The notes under the pieces were generated by a model that saw only the letters and a list, made by a program, of their open reading frames with translations, searched no databases and was not told the DNA's origin. Of a stretch of DNA of 42,385 nucleotides, positions 25,805 through 41,865 are shown piece by piece (position 1 is the first letter of the stretch; each line of letters starts with the position of its first letter). The position numbers were made by a program, and so were the translations under genes. The stretch comes from Paraglomus brasilianum (Eukaryota): assembly GCA_910592345.1 (NCBI GenBank), contig CAJVPI010000211.1, positions 1 to 42,385 on the forward strand. The letters run 5' to 3'.

Positions 25805-26338
25805 CAGGGGTTTGCAAAAAAATTTGGACAAATTAACTTGCTCATTTCTGCACAGCCAACATTTCAAATATCGCATGATATTAATATATATCATTTGAAA
25901 GCTTAAAACAAGCAGTTTTATTTACGCATTATTATCGGAGAATTCGATCGCCATTATTTCCTAGCACTAGCTTACACGGTCTCTTTATTAATTTTACCAA
26001 ACTATTAGAGAGAGTTCTGAAATTTCCCGTCATAAAATGTTCTAATTAATCTAGAGTTTTGGGTATACATTTCTTTAAACAATGGCCCAAAAATTTAATA
26101 AGATTTAAAGTCCGAACTATTAGCAAATTAGTCTATAATTTCTGGAGCATATTTTCAAGAAATGCTTGGCAACCTGATTAGTATGCTTGAAGTCATTATG
26201 AAAAGGTTAACAAGCAACACAAAAATGTAAACAAAACGAAAGATAACAGTTTCAACACACAATTAATTGTATTCTATATAATATAAATGGGGAAACTTAC
26301 AACTCATACAAATGAAAGGAGGGGTTTGTAAATCCCTG
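25805..26338. mobile_element. Non-autonomous Tc1/mariner-type element (MITE), 534 bp, TA target-site duplication
   Basis: TA|CAGGGGTTTGCAAA at 25803 and TTTGTAAATCCCTG|TA at 26325-26340 are inverted repeats (14/16 match including TA). No ORF inside. Confidence 0.7.
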
Positions 26339-26534
26339 TATGAATAATTCTAGTTTTCTATTCGTTGTTCTATAAGTGCACACTCCCAAAACTGTTCATA
26401 GCCGTCGTCGTTTGTTCGGTAGCATAAAATCCTATTAAGGCTGAACAAATATTGAGTATCTGAGTTTTAGCCCTTCCTCACATACAACCTCTTTTTTATA
26501 ATTATTCTCGAATTGTTTATACTTACTGTACTAG

Positions 26535-26978
26535 TTATATGGTCTTGTTTGCACAGGCCAACTCTGTGTCGAGAGTATCTAACGAAACCACAATCTGGAA
26601 ATGTTCAGATAAAGTTGGCATCGTAAAATTTTCATAGAAATTAAATGGATCTCCAGCAAGGAGTCGCCTTGCCGGTACTACGTCACTCGAGTCATGAAGG
26701 ATGCCAGTATCTTGGTTTATGAAAATATGAAGACTAAATTTTCTTGGAGCATCAATAAGTAGTCTTCCAGCAACTTCAAACGTAGCAACAGCACCCGAAA
26801 CTAAAGGCTTAGGTGTATAAGATACATTGAGTTCTCGGGAAATGCGATTGGAACACGAAACAAAACCGTCATTTTCAAATACAAATGGATCGTCGTCACG
26901 CCGATGTGGAAAGGCATTAATATTGATAGCATAAAGCGTAGTCAGGAGCATAAATAGAAAAATGAAATTTCGGTCCAT
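26535..26978 (-). CDS. Secreted ML (MD-2-related lipid-recognition/NPC2-like) domain protein, paralogue A
   Basis: Intronless, 147 aa. Signal peptide MDRNFIFLFMLLTTLYAININA, RR dibasic site, FVSC, LNVSYTPKPLVSG..TFEVAG, AGDPF and terminal LACA, a pattern typical of ML proteins. Confidence 0.8.
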   Translation of the reverse strand: MDRNFIFLFMLLTTLYAININAFPHRRDDDPFVFENDGFVSCSNRISRELNVSYTPKPLVSGAVATFEVAGRLLIDAPRKFSLHIFINQDTGILHDSSDVVPARRLLAGDPFNFYENFTMPTLSEHFQIVVSLDTLDTELACANKTI

Positions 26979-28103
26979 AGTAGTGTCTTATACAAATGGC
27001 TGTTAGAAGTGTCGTTAAGGATGAATGTTATTTATCAGCATCAGAAACCTTGGCTTTTTATAGGCATATTTGTCACTCGTTTCCCAAAAGCGTTACTACT
27101 ACCTAGCTATACTTTATGCTTTAACAGTCGTTTTACCAAAACGGGCGATAATCTGTATATGGAAAGGCTTGATATATATTAGTATAGTAAATCCGATCTC
27201 TCAAATTATATTAATTTTCATGTGTTGTACAGTCAAGATGGTCTAGACCGAAATAATCTTAGTATAAGGGTTTTTTATGTCGGGAGATTTTCTTATGGCA
27301 AAGAATATGAAACGTCATCTGGAGTGCCAATATGATTATTGAAAATTTAAGAACGGCATAGATTTAATTTTCTACAGTTTAGCACAAGCTTATATAATCA
27401 AGCTAGTACTAGGTTAAACTTTCCTTTTCCGATGCAGATCTTTGTTGAAGCCAGTAAAAAAGCCAAAACCGCTTTATTGTCAAATTTTTTCCTAACGTAT
27501 TTCTACGACGCAAAAACGAGATTTAATTTATAATTGTTGCTATTCCGAAAGTGATGATTGAGTCATATAAATTTACTCGCAATATTATTTTGACGTTATC
27601 AAGTTTCTGAAAACAATGTTATAATAGCTTACTAATAATAAACAGATTTTTTACAGCGAAACGACTTGTCTAACATTTATAAAAAATACTTCAACGAACA
27701 GATGTGAGAAACCGTCTCCCATAGAACAACTAAATGGAAAAGAAGGGGATTTTCAATTGAACTAGTGTTACCAGGAAAATAAATGGCGATGGATTCGATA
27801 TTTTCACTAGTCTGGTTGGTTTGTAGGTTTCACAGAAGGAATTAATGTGTACCTCTGCTAGCAGAAGTGTGGCGTTGTAGTAATTGGTTTTCAATAAATT
27901 TTTTGTAACTAAATTTACAAAATTGACTCGGACATAAATTGCCGAGTGATATGGCAATATTGTATTAAAATAATTGCAATCTGAAGGATTAACCGCGTAT
28001 TCCTACATTTGGCAGACTGAAAGACTATCTATAATTTTTATTTGTAACTTAGTTTCAGTGCTTAATAACTGTTATCGAATATTATGACATTAATTTTCAT
28101 ATC

Positions 28104-28340
28104 TTATTCGAGAGGGATTCCAGCGGTTTCGTAAGATTCAAGAGCAAGATTGGTGTTCTATTAAATATAAATATGGTGCACAAATTATGTGTATAAGAAA
28201 TCACAAACAAATGAAGTAGCGATACATACCTGTAATGCCTGAGTAGCAGCGTCCTTCAACAAATTGTCTACACCAAATCCTCCAATCTTGACAAAATGAT
28301 TTTGGGCATTATCTTTTACAAACGGGTACGTCTCCACAGC
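28104..28340 (-). pseudogene. Duplicated 3' fragment of ARG5,6 (last exon, last intron, part of the penultimate exon)
   Basis: Matches 33607-33890 (…KDNAQ.HFVKIGGFGV…NLLK.AATQALQ | N..LAL…ETAGIPLE*) with substitutions and a 39-bp internal deletion. Confidence 0.9.
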
Positions 28341-28899
28341 TTCTCCTCCTTTTTATTAATATGTCACTGTGCCGCTCTCATTATAATAAAAGTTTTACCT
28401 CTAGATGCGTAATTCAAAACTACAGCAAATGGATGCATCTAGAAGGATAACGTACATGTGATCAAGACATTAACCAAAAAATTTTTTTATTTTGTATTAA
28501 TCAATACTATGCAATAATCCCAATAAAAATTGTTGACATACTGATTACGAATCTATCAAAGCAAAGATTATAGCGCGCTGTGAGTTAAAGACAAGCATTT
28601 TTTCCAGCACGCTAAAATTAAAATGGGACAATTGCAAAAAAATAATTATTATTATTTTTATTATACAATCTTTATTTTTCAATAGTGAAAGACTTATTTC
28701 TCAACTAGATATACACGCTAACGCCAGTTTTAGTATGTCTGCTTAAGTAAAGAAGAGGTGAAATAAAGAATACATTTTTCTGAAAAGGGGGAAAGTAAGA
28801 CCAAATAAGTAACTTGCTTCATACTGATAAGCCTTCTCCGCTTGCGGATTTATATTATCAAAAAGTACCGCTTCTCTACTTCGACAGACATGTGTCTTA

Positions 28900-29450
28900 C
28901 TCTTGCCACATTGCTTAGTTAGATACATTCTAAGTCAATTGTTTCAGAAACTCTCGTATACGTTATACTGGCTAAACAGATCTATGTCAACCAACAAATT
29001 TGTAAAGATCCGCGTGCGTTATCTGAGTTGAAGAAATTGTACGATCCGACTAATCCATAATTATTATCATTGAATTTATCCTAACATTGTAAGAAACTTC
29101 CAATTTAGTAAATAATATACCGACGTTCATCTGCAAATCGATTCTTCCTTAGGTCAACATGTGAAACCAAGTTTATAAATTTGACAAATATTCAATCATA
29201 AATCACCAATCGTAAGATTAATCGTAATTGTGTTCAACAAAACAGTCGGTTGTAAATCAACGATTCATGACTCCGTTTTTGGCCAACTTGACAGTGTCGT
29301 AATGAAAGTGCTCATACTGATAGCTGTAATTGTAGAGCAAATTGTTCTACCAGAAGATGTAACTGTAAACGAGCGAACAGCATTTGTAGCCCAAACTGTA
29401 CGGCACTTGTATTAATTGTTGGTAATAACATGATAATATTCGACAGCACA
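28900..29450 (-). pseudogene. Possible degenerate RNI-like LRR gene relic
   Basis: Broken fragments LSLRHCQVG, SHVDLRKNRFADE and TKLEVSYN fit LxxLxLxxN/C spacing; many stops. Confidence 0.3.
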
Positions 29451-29942
29451 TAGTTTATCTTATACAATAAAAACAAAGAACGTAATCGTCTGTATGTGTT
29501 CCTGTAATAAAAATTTTTTCATTTATCTAAATCAACAATTGTAATTGGATAAACTAAATTAATTTTATTATGTTTTAGTATGGCAATCTTGAAAACAATT
29601 GGGTTTAATACACCAAAGTTGAGTTTGAGGTGGATTTTTATGATCATACCTTGCTTAGATAGATATCTAACAATACACACATGATTTCCTTGTTTCTCTC
29701 TACGCCACAAAATGTCCTCCCAGGAACTAAACATATTGCAGGCAAACTATATGTCTCAGTAATATAGATACAGTATCTTGAAAACTTTTAGAAAGAGTGA
29801 AATATGTGTCTTTAGTATTAGACAAGTCTGATCTAGTGATTCTTTTACCCACATCTGCCACAGTGCTGTTTACTAGATCCCGCTTGTAATTTTCTGGTCA
29901 GTGACATTATAATAAAGTTTAAAGCAATTAACAAGTGTAGTA

Positions 29943-30190
29943 TCAAGGGAAACATGTTCTGCGGACTAACTGGTAATTATAATACCCTCTCAGTTGGTCT
30001 GCAATGTCCACACCACCCATATAATGATTATAGTCATCAATAATTTTGGGAGTCTCTAATGTTTTCCTGGAAAGATTTTTAAAGACCCGACAAGCAGTAT
30101 TTGCATTAGAACTACGCTCACGTGTCATAGTCTATTATTCATCAATATTATGGATTGTTATTAACATAGTTACTGGGTCTTTCCTAACAT
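29943..30190 (-). mobile_element. piggyBac transposase fragment (C-terminal catalytic region), pseudogene
   Basis: PVTMLITIH…PKIIDDYNHYMGGVDIADQLRGYY…RRTCFP matches the piggyBac YNxxMGGVDxxDQ motif. Stops upstream and downstream. Confidence 0.85.
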
Positions 30191-30192
30191 TG

Positions 30193-30734
30193 TGTTACGG
30201 TCGGATGGTCTGGGGTTTGGGAGAGCGATAATCTTTCGCGTAGGGGTGTTCTTCCGACCGGGGGATGTTACCAGATTTAGTTCGCTTACTACGGTAGTTG
30301 TTCAATTAAGACTGAATACTAAACCTACAAGTGACCTAATTAATATGCGCGCTTTCTAACTCCCTATACGAGCTTCAGTCACTTGTACTCCAGTAAGGGT
30401 ACCTACGACTAGAATAATAATTCTATCGCAGAATCGAAGGGGAAAATCTACTTAAAAATTAAACAGGGCTAGCTTCTATTTGGTGTTTCGACTAGTCGGG
30501 CATTCACCACTTGTCTCTAATAAAACTAACTCATTTCAAAAATTAATTATGAGCTTTTGTTCCTCCGATCAGGAGTAGTTGATCAACGGACAATCTTATA
30601 AGGCTTGGTAGAGCCGTTTATTAATGTGTCCGGTCAAATAATTAACATTTGAAAGTAAATTTTCGATTTTTCGATTTCAATGGGAATCGTTTATTTGATT
30701 ATTATTCCGTGGAATAGACAATATTATTATAACA
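30193..30734. mobile_element. Probable LTR (about 540 bp) abutting the piggyBac relic
   Basis: Begins TGTTA (30193) exactly where piggyBac similarity stops, with a candidate end TAACA (30730-30734). Flanks ACATTG and ACATTA are near-duplicated. Right boundary uncertain. Confidence 0.45.
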
Positions 30735-32053
30735 ACATTAATATTTCAAACAACATTAATTTGACAACATGAGTTCTTCGACGATGGTATAAGGGTCACT
30801 TAAAAACGGTAACGAATCTAAAAATAATTAAATAATCGTATAAAAGACATGAATATGAAGAACTAATTAATCTAAAATTAATGTCGATCATGGGGTTTGC
30901 TTGACTGCGGAGCTTGCCGATATTACTGCAATAGTAACATGAGTAGCATAGTGATACGGAAACAGCAACGCGGGAAGCAATAGCAGCAGAACAATAGCAT
31001 ATACTGAAAATAGAATATTAATATTAATAACGATAAGCGTTACTAAAATTAGATTAGTTAGTCCTTTCGAAAGATATGAAAGCGGCGTAATTTCCGCTAG
31101 ATTTGGTGTGCATGTTCATAGTGTTCCAATTACTTTCGATTCCTTTATTGTAAACGTTTCTAACAAACGAGTAGTTCTTATATTCTGAAATACATTTCAT
31201 TTTCTGGCAAATTATCGGTATAGAGTGAAACCGCTAACCCCTATATCGCTCGCGCCCGTGGCAGATACGATAATTAATTGTTTATATCGATGCGCATTAT
31301 TAATATTATTGTTATAAACGTGATTGACAAGAGGACAATTATAGTAGTGTTGCTCATCGACATAGTGAAATCGTGAGTGTAACAGCCTAGTGTTATAAAA
31401 GTCACTAACGGTAAACCGAGATTTAACTATTAATAGGCGACACTTGCAGCAAATTTTAATGCCACAAATTGACAAAATAGGAATATTTACTGTCGTTGCA
31501 CTATTCTTGGAAGCATTATTGTATTTATTGTTGTACCTCAGTTCGCCATCTCAGTTCAGAGCCCCAAGGTACTATTAATGAAACAAAAAGCTATTTTTCT
31601 ACTCGTACAGAAAATTTTTGAGTACTTACATTATTGTAACATTGGTTCATAAAGGAATGATAAAAAGTTGCTTGAATAGTATGTTTTTCTTGCAGTTGCT
31701 TTTCGTTCTTAATATTTTCTGCGACAAGATATAATCACTTGCCAGTTTTATGTATTTACATTGCGACTATGAAGTTTATAGCCATCATAATAGTCAAAAT
31801 TTATAGTCACCACCCTGAATGACCCGCCCCAACGTGGTGACTGATGACTGTATTCTATGTAGCGATTTCTAATTTTCTACCCTCCCAAAATTGTTCATAG
31901 CCGCCGTCGTTTATTCGGTAGTAAATACAGTATAAAATCCTATTAAGGCTGAACAAATATTGAGTATCTGAGTTTTAGCCCTTCCTCGCAATTACGTTTG
32001 TAATCAACCCCTTTTTTATAGTTATCCTCGAATGTTTATACTTACTGTACTAG

Positions 32054-32494
32054 TTATATGGTCCTGTTTGCACAGGCTAACTCCGTGTCGAGAGAATCTA
32101 ACGAAACCACAATCTGGAAATGTTCAGATAAAGTTGGCATCGTAATATTTTCAAAGAAATTAAATGGATCTCCAGCGAGGAGTAGCTTTGCCGGTTCTAC
32201 GTCGCTCTCGTCATGAAGGTCGCCGGTATCTTGATTTATGAAAATATGAAGAGAAAATTTTCTTGGGGCATCAATAAGTAGTCGTCCAGCAACTTCAAAC
32301 GTAGCAACAGCACCCGAAACTAAAGGATCAGGTGTAAAGGACACATTGAGTTCTCGGGGAATGCGACCGGAACACGAAACAAAATCATCATTTGGAAATA
32401 CAAATGGATCGTCACGCCGATGTGGAAGGGCATTAATATTGATAGCATAAAGCATAGTCAAGAGCATAAATAGAAAAACGAAATTTCGGTCCAT
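32054..32494 (-). CDS. Secreted ML-domain protein, paralogue B
   Basis: 146 aa; by manual alignment 18 substitutions and one 1-aa indel relative to 26535-26978. Confidence 0.8.
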   Translation of the reverse strand: MDRNFVFLFMLLTMLYAININALPHRRDDPFVFPNDDFVSCSGRIPRELNVSFTPDPLVSGAVATFEVAGRLLIDAPRKFSLHIFINQDTGDLHDESDVEPAKLLLAGDPFNFFENITMPTLSEHFQIVVSLDSLDTELACANRTI

Positions 32495-33606
32495 AGTAGG
32501 GTCTTATACAAATGGCTGTTAAAGTGTCCGTTAGGAATTTTATCAGCATCAGAAACCTTGGCCTTTTATAGAGACATATTTGTCACTCGTTTCTCAAAAG
32601 TGTTGCTCCTACTTCTACCAGCTACACTTGATGTTTTGACAGTCGGAGATAATCTGTATATGGAAGGTTTGCTATTGTTTGAGAACAGTAAAACCCGATA
32701 TTATAGGAAAAAGAATATAATTTTCATGTACCTATATTAATTTTCATGACCCATCGCAAACAGTGTCGGGCTAGACCGAAATAATCTTGGTACAAGGGTT
32801 CTTCATGTTGAGAGATTTTCTTATAACAAAGAACATGAAACGTCATCTGGAGTGCCAATATGATTGTTGTTTAAGAATGGTATACACTGTATTTTCTTTA
32901 ATTTCATACAGTTTAGCGAGCTTAATCAAGTCTGGTTATGCTTTCTTTTTCCGATGCAGATCTCGTAAAAAGCCAAAACCGCTTTATTGTCAAATTTTTC
33001 CTAAACACATTTCTACAAGGTTTAATTTAATATTAATAATAATTATTGTTGTTCCGAAAGTGATTGACGGGGCCATATAAATTTGCTCGCAATATTATAT
33101 ACAAGCAGGCATATCAGTTCCCTTTGTAAATAGAGTTTCCCGAAAACCATAACTGGTTGCATAACATTCTAATAATAAATAGATTTTTTGGATAATTTAC
33201 AGCGAAACGACTTGTTAAAAAATAGTTCAACAAACAGATGTGACAGCGGTACCTTTGCTAGCAGAAGTGTGATGTTGCAGTAATGGGTTTTCAATAAGTT
33301 GTTTGTAACTGAATGGCTAAGATTACAAGATTGACTCGGACATAAATTGCTGGGTGATATTAATATGGCAATGTTGTATTAAAATAATTGCGATCTGAAG
33401 GATTAACCGCGTATTCCTACATTTGGCACGGCTGAATGACTATCTATAATTTAATTTTAATTTTAATTTTGTATTTGTAATTTTTAGTTACATATTAGAT
33501 TTTTTTAGGGGAAATTCATTTTTGTCACACGCTTAATAACTATTATCGGATCGGATATTATTTTGAATTACAGGAAATATAAATCAGCATGGGCATTACT
33601 AATATC

Positions 33607-36497
<2,891 letters not shown>

Positions 36498-39357
36498 TAT
36501 TTTGTTATTTTTCTAATCTCGATATTAGCGACAACTTTCGTGATGATGAGATATCTGCCAGACCGGGTGGGGGGTAGACATTTGTATTTGTATTATTTAT
36601 AACTATGTGGCGACCACTTGATCTCGAATTAAAGATTGATAACAAAATATATCAATTTTTGATGTCCGTTACATCTTAAAGATTAGATCAAAACGGTTCG
36701 GCAATTTTCTACTGATTGGCGGGTTACACAATGAATCTTCCGATCATCTTTGAGGGGTAATTATCGATATGCGAGCTGTCGATCACTATTCAACATCATT
36801 TCTCGTTTAAGTACTAAATAGATAAACCAATGGATTGCGAAACTTTGTATTATGCCAAGAATAGTTCAAAATGGCGACATTCATTGGTCATAAATAAATC
36901 AAACAAACAATAAAGAAAGAAGTAGTTTAAATCGATGAAAACATTTAGGGGTATATTTTACGTTTTTCGCACGGGACTTGGCTAATACTAATTTCTAAAA
37001 AGGATCATGAATGATAAGCGTGAGTTTGGGAAAAACAGGATTTGCCTCAATAATATGCTATTAAAGAATAAACTATTATGCACGCTTGATTCAAGAGAAG
37101 GATTTACGCCTGATAACCAATTTACTTATTACTGTATAATTTAAACTCGTGTCACCCAAGAAATATTCGCGATCTTAAGAGCAGTTTACAAATTGCCGGG
37201 AATGCTTTGAATTTCAGAAGAACCTCTACGAAGCAGAAAACCCAAAGTTTATGGAAGAGAAGGCACACACACTGGAAGATCATCGTTCTAAGATGCAGTA
37301 TAACTGATTTTAGTCCCAGCTGCTCAATATTTCGGACCTATAGAAATAATCTGTTATCGAGTTACTCTGCCAATTTTGTTTTCAACCATGCAATAATAAT
37401 AAGATACATATCATCGGAAAAGCTGAGATAGAGTAGTACAAATAATGAATCTAAACCCTTGACGTTCCATACTAAATTGTATAAAAGAATCGTTCTACAA
37501 ACAGGTTTCGAAAGTTGTCTGTTGAATTTGATATCATAAAAAATAACATTTTTGTTAAAATACTTTTAATAAAATCCAACCTTGAAATTAATTTCATTCG
37601 TTCATCTCAATGGTCTTAAGCAAAAGCAAAATACAAAGCGCCCGTCAAAATGTACGATTAAGTTAATCGTATATGTTTAAGCCTTCGATTGATGAATGGA
37701 AGTAGGATTATCTCTTTGACATTTCATAGCATTATTGGGAAGACATGAAATAAATATATGGGAGAGCGATAAAGAAAATATGTCGAATGATAGAAAATAT
37801 TATAAAGTTAATGCTAGGTGAATGATATTATTCGCTATACTGCAGAGCGAGTCTATCCATTAGCTCGTAACTGAGTTGGTTTCACTTATGTTATGGTCTG
37901 GACACGAGCATTTTATAAATTACTTGTCTAATAATATTCAAAGGTCACTTTATATAGAGTGATGTTGTGCAATCATTATATGAAATGTAATCGTAATTGG
38001 ACAAAAGCTGTTACAAAACGCACCTTACACGAAGAAAGCTTCTTTAAAAATGAATTGTTTTCGACGTCGAATTATTTATTGTAATACAATATTATTAATA
38101 TAGTAAAAGTTATAGACATGATCTTTTATTACTAATACGAATACTATGAATATTGATCCAAGAATATAGAGTACAAGCTAACTTTCGCTTAAAAAGGCCG
38201 TACTAATTATAATTTCATTGTATTTCCTGGGCGCAATAGGAATTTTTATTGTCAGAAACCAATACAAGATAGTTTGCATCTTACTTCTGATACAGAGTGC
38301 AAGAGGTGATACATCTGCCTATCGATCACACATAAAACCGCGGAACAATGACGCGCGATAACTGATAAAGAACAGTAAATAACCCACAATAAGCTTTAAA
38401 TAGAGTAGATTAGATATGTGTTGCAGGAAGCTTGCATGTTTTCAGAAGTAAATTTATGGTTGTTATTCATTGGTCTGTCTGTCGATATAACCGGTCAATC
38501 GCTCGTCAATTCAAACAATCTTTTTCGTTACATTTTTTATCATTTTTAATATTTTCCGAAGTTTGTGATCACTATTTTTATCTCCTATTCGCCAGACTTG
38601 CATCTCATGCTGACACTAGCACCATTTATAGGTCATTACGATGAGGAACTTAATAATGGGGACGGAAGTCAGGTGATTGTCCTAGAATATATTTTTGGCA
38701 AACTTGAGCTTTTGTCCGAACAAAGTTTTTTTTCCTTCCTCGAGGTTACCACGTTAAACAATATAACACTTGGTACCGGTCTATCGCTAGTATTCCAACC
38801 GAAACAGAAACAAGTTGCTTTTGGAGGTGTGAGCATTCCTTGCAATAGACGTAGGTGAGGAAAGCGATTAGGCTTCCTGAATGGTTCTGGACGGTGAAAT
38901 GTGTTTATTACTTTTATGACCGCGTATAAGCTGTCAAAAGAATTTAGAAAGTGTGAAGGATGACCCAAGATGCAAAGCCTTCAATGGCGTCAGCTTAACT
39001 GTTCATAACAGCGATGACATGCTTGTCACAATCTTCAGATGCGATTGACTTCCACTTAGTCTAAGGCAAAGCTTACAACACTCTTTGAGTTCAACGTTGT
39101 CGTTTATTGATAATAATAAATAAATAAATGTTATTCTTGCATACACGTGTTACAAAAAAAAGGCACTTTGAACGTGTCTTGATGTAAACACTAGCTTTTT
39201 AGTAAGTATTACTTTGTAAGTTGTAAACAATGTAGTGTTTGTTTATAATTATACTGTCACGTACTGCTGGTTACACGATTTCTGTCGTGTGTAAAAACGC
39301 ATCAACATTTTTGTTGGCGATCAAATCATTTTCTTTACCAAGGCTTAAAGATACTGA

Positions 39358-41028
39358 ATGTCTAATACCCGAAGCCTCGCAAGGTTGTCTGCTGTATCTG
39401 AGCTAACTGAGACAACAGTTAGCGCACAGGAACTGGAGATTATCCCCAAAAAGAAGCGTAAGAGAGAGCGTGCGAACGAAGTAGACGCCAAGATAAAGGC
39501 AGAAACCCAAGACGAAATCGATACTCGGGTAACAAAGTCGACAAGGAAAAAGAAAAAAGGAAAGCAAAAAATTCAAGTGAGCAACTTAGACGCCAAAACA
39601 AAGGCACGAATCAAAAACAAAACTGTGGTAGTCGATACTCAGGTAGCAAAGTCGCCAAAGAAAAAGGTTAAAAGAACAAAGACCGAAAAAGTCACTGAAA
39701 TGACCGCTACCTTTGCCACGCGGCTCACAAATGTAACAAAACTTCTCGGGGCTCATGTTAGTATCTCTGGAGGTGTACATAACGCTGTTAACAATGGTCT
39801 ACAGATAGGGTTCGTAAGAAATTTGTTTCTTCTTGACCTTTATAACGCGTAATTAAGTATTCGACGCTGGCATAAACTACAACGTTTTTTAGTTATAAAT
39901 TTCTATACGAACAGCGCAAATGCTTTTGCTATATTTCTCAAAAATCAACGAAAATGGGATAGTGCGCCTATGACAGCCGATCAGATCGCTTCTTTTCAAT
40001 CGGCTTGTAAAGAACATAACTATCCCGCCCACTGTATACTTCCACATGGTAGTTATTTAATCAATCTTGCTAATCCTGATGCACAAAAACGAGAGAAAAG
40101 CTACAAGTCATTTCTTGATGACATAAAGAGATGCGAGGATTTAGGCCTTCTGCTCTACAATTTCCAGTAAGTCACGAACAATAACTCTCGCTTGTAACCA
40201 ACCTCCTCGATGAATTCATCAAATAATCTTTTCTGTCTAGTCCTGGCTCGACAGTAGGTAAATGTACTACCGAGCAATCGATAGGGCATATCGCTGATTG
40301 TATCAATAGAGTTCATGGGGAGACATCCACCGTTGTTTGCGTTCTTGAGAATATGGCAAGTAGAGATATTACATGTTATTATCATTGTCAGTTTGCTAAT
40401 TAATAACTATTTGTTGACCTTTCATTAGGCTGGCTCTGGAAATATTGTCGGATCAAAGTTTGAGGAACTCGGTGCGATTATAGCTAAGGTTATCGGTATG
40501 CTCGAACGGCCTTATCGGTCAATCATTCTTTTTGTTATTCGCATTTCAATAACTCTTTACTTTTCTGAGGTTAGATAAGAATCGTGTGGGTGTGTGCATC
40601 GACACTTGTCATACATTTGCTGCGGTAGGGAGTCAAGAATTTTTGGTTAAAGATTATTGTCCAACTCTATTTTCCTTAACTAATTGATTTTGATACAGGG
40701 ATATGATTTACGCACAAAGTCTGCTTACGAGAAGACAATGACCGAGCTCTTCAAGCATGTCAATCCTAAATATCTTCGTGGAATGCATTTAAACGACTCG
40801 CTAACTGAATTAGGATCCAATCGTGATCGCCATGCTAACATAGGGAAAGGTCATATTGGCCTCGAAGCGTTTCGACTGATCATGAACGATCATCGTTTAG
40901 ACAACATTCCTTTGGTTCTAGAAACACCAGTAGGGTCTGGTCCTGATGATGTTTATGCACAAGAAATAGAATTATTATATAGTCTTGTAGGCAAGAAAGA
41001 AGACGACGTTACCATAAAACGAGGTTAG
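39358..41028 (+). CDS. APN1: Apurinic/apyrimidinic endonuclease, endonuclease IV family, with a Lys-rich N-terminal extension
   Basis: Exons 39358-39809, 39915-40166, 40241-40355, 40429-40495, 40575-40624, 40699-41028. Motifs LGAHVSISGG, LPHGSYLINLANP, YNFHPGS, VLENMAG, RVGVCIDTCHTFAAGYDLR, MHLNDS, DRHANIG, LVLETP. Confidence 0.97.
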
Positions 41029-41865
41029 ACTTGAATCTGTAAAGAGAAAGTAAGCATAAGCATGCAAGCTCACCAATCACACATTTACACTATTTAGTTG
41101 ATATTAAAGTTGACAGCTTTGTCGTGGGACATCTTTTTATCCCCAAAACTACTGTTCTGATATGACATTACCAATATTATTAATCAGTAACGATTTATTA
41201 TCTATACTAACATCCTCTGTATCAGTGTTTACTATTGCGGTATCAGGTTCCATAAGAAGTATTTAATTTGAGTAATATGTCGATTCAACAACCGCGGGAG
41301 AACAATCGATCGTCGAGATTTAGCTAAAAGTTCAATCGGAGCTGTGACACTTAGTTACAAGAAATGACAGTTAGTGACCTAACCAGGCTTTTACTACTCA
41401 CGACTTCAGTGTGTCAATGCGTAGACACTAATCCTCGATAATTAATTCGTCCTCGAGTGTGCCTCTGTTCTCTACTCGGTAATCCACAGGTTGGGATAGT
41501 AATAGAAAACAGTTAATTATCGTATTTGTAATCGGGGGACAAGAAGCGATTACTTTTCCGATATAGGGATTAGTGGTTCAACGGTTATATCGAATAGTTC
41601 AGGGAATAAGATATCAAACGTATATTTTCAGAGTAATAGTGCTCATTTATTAATTAACAATAATATTATATGAAATAATGGAATAGAAAAGATCAGAATA
41701 CTTTGACACACCGAAACTAGCTGAAATCTACGCTGCTTTATATCTTTCGCAATTACTAATAATCTATTATTAGAAACGTATACGTGCTGACATGTCCACT
41801 GTTACTAATATGTCCGCGATTATCATAAATTGTTGCAATACAAACAAATTTGCTACTAATATAAA

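Larger units (their letters stand above)
26383..28340. repeat. Segmental duplication, copy A (direct repeat of about 31882-33890)
   Basis: Collinear similarity from CTCCCAAAA.TGTTCATAGCCG through the ML gene, its upstream region and the last two exons of ARG5,6. Confidence 0.92.

Noticed and set aside
38565..38970. Possible decayed glycoside hydrolase or other gene
   Set aside because: Coding-like composition but no diagnostic motif recoverable by eye.
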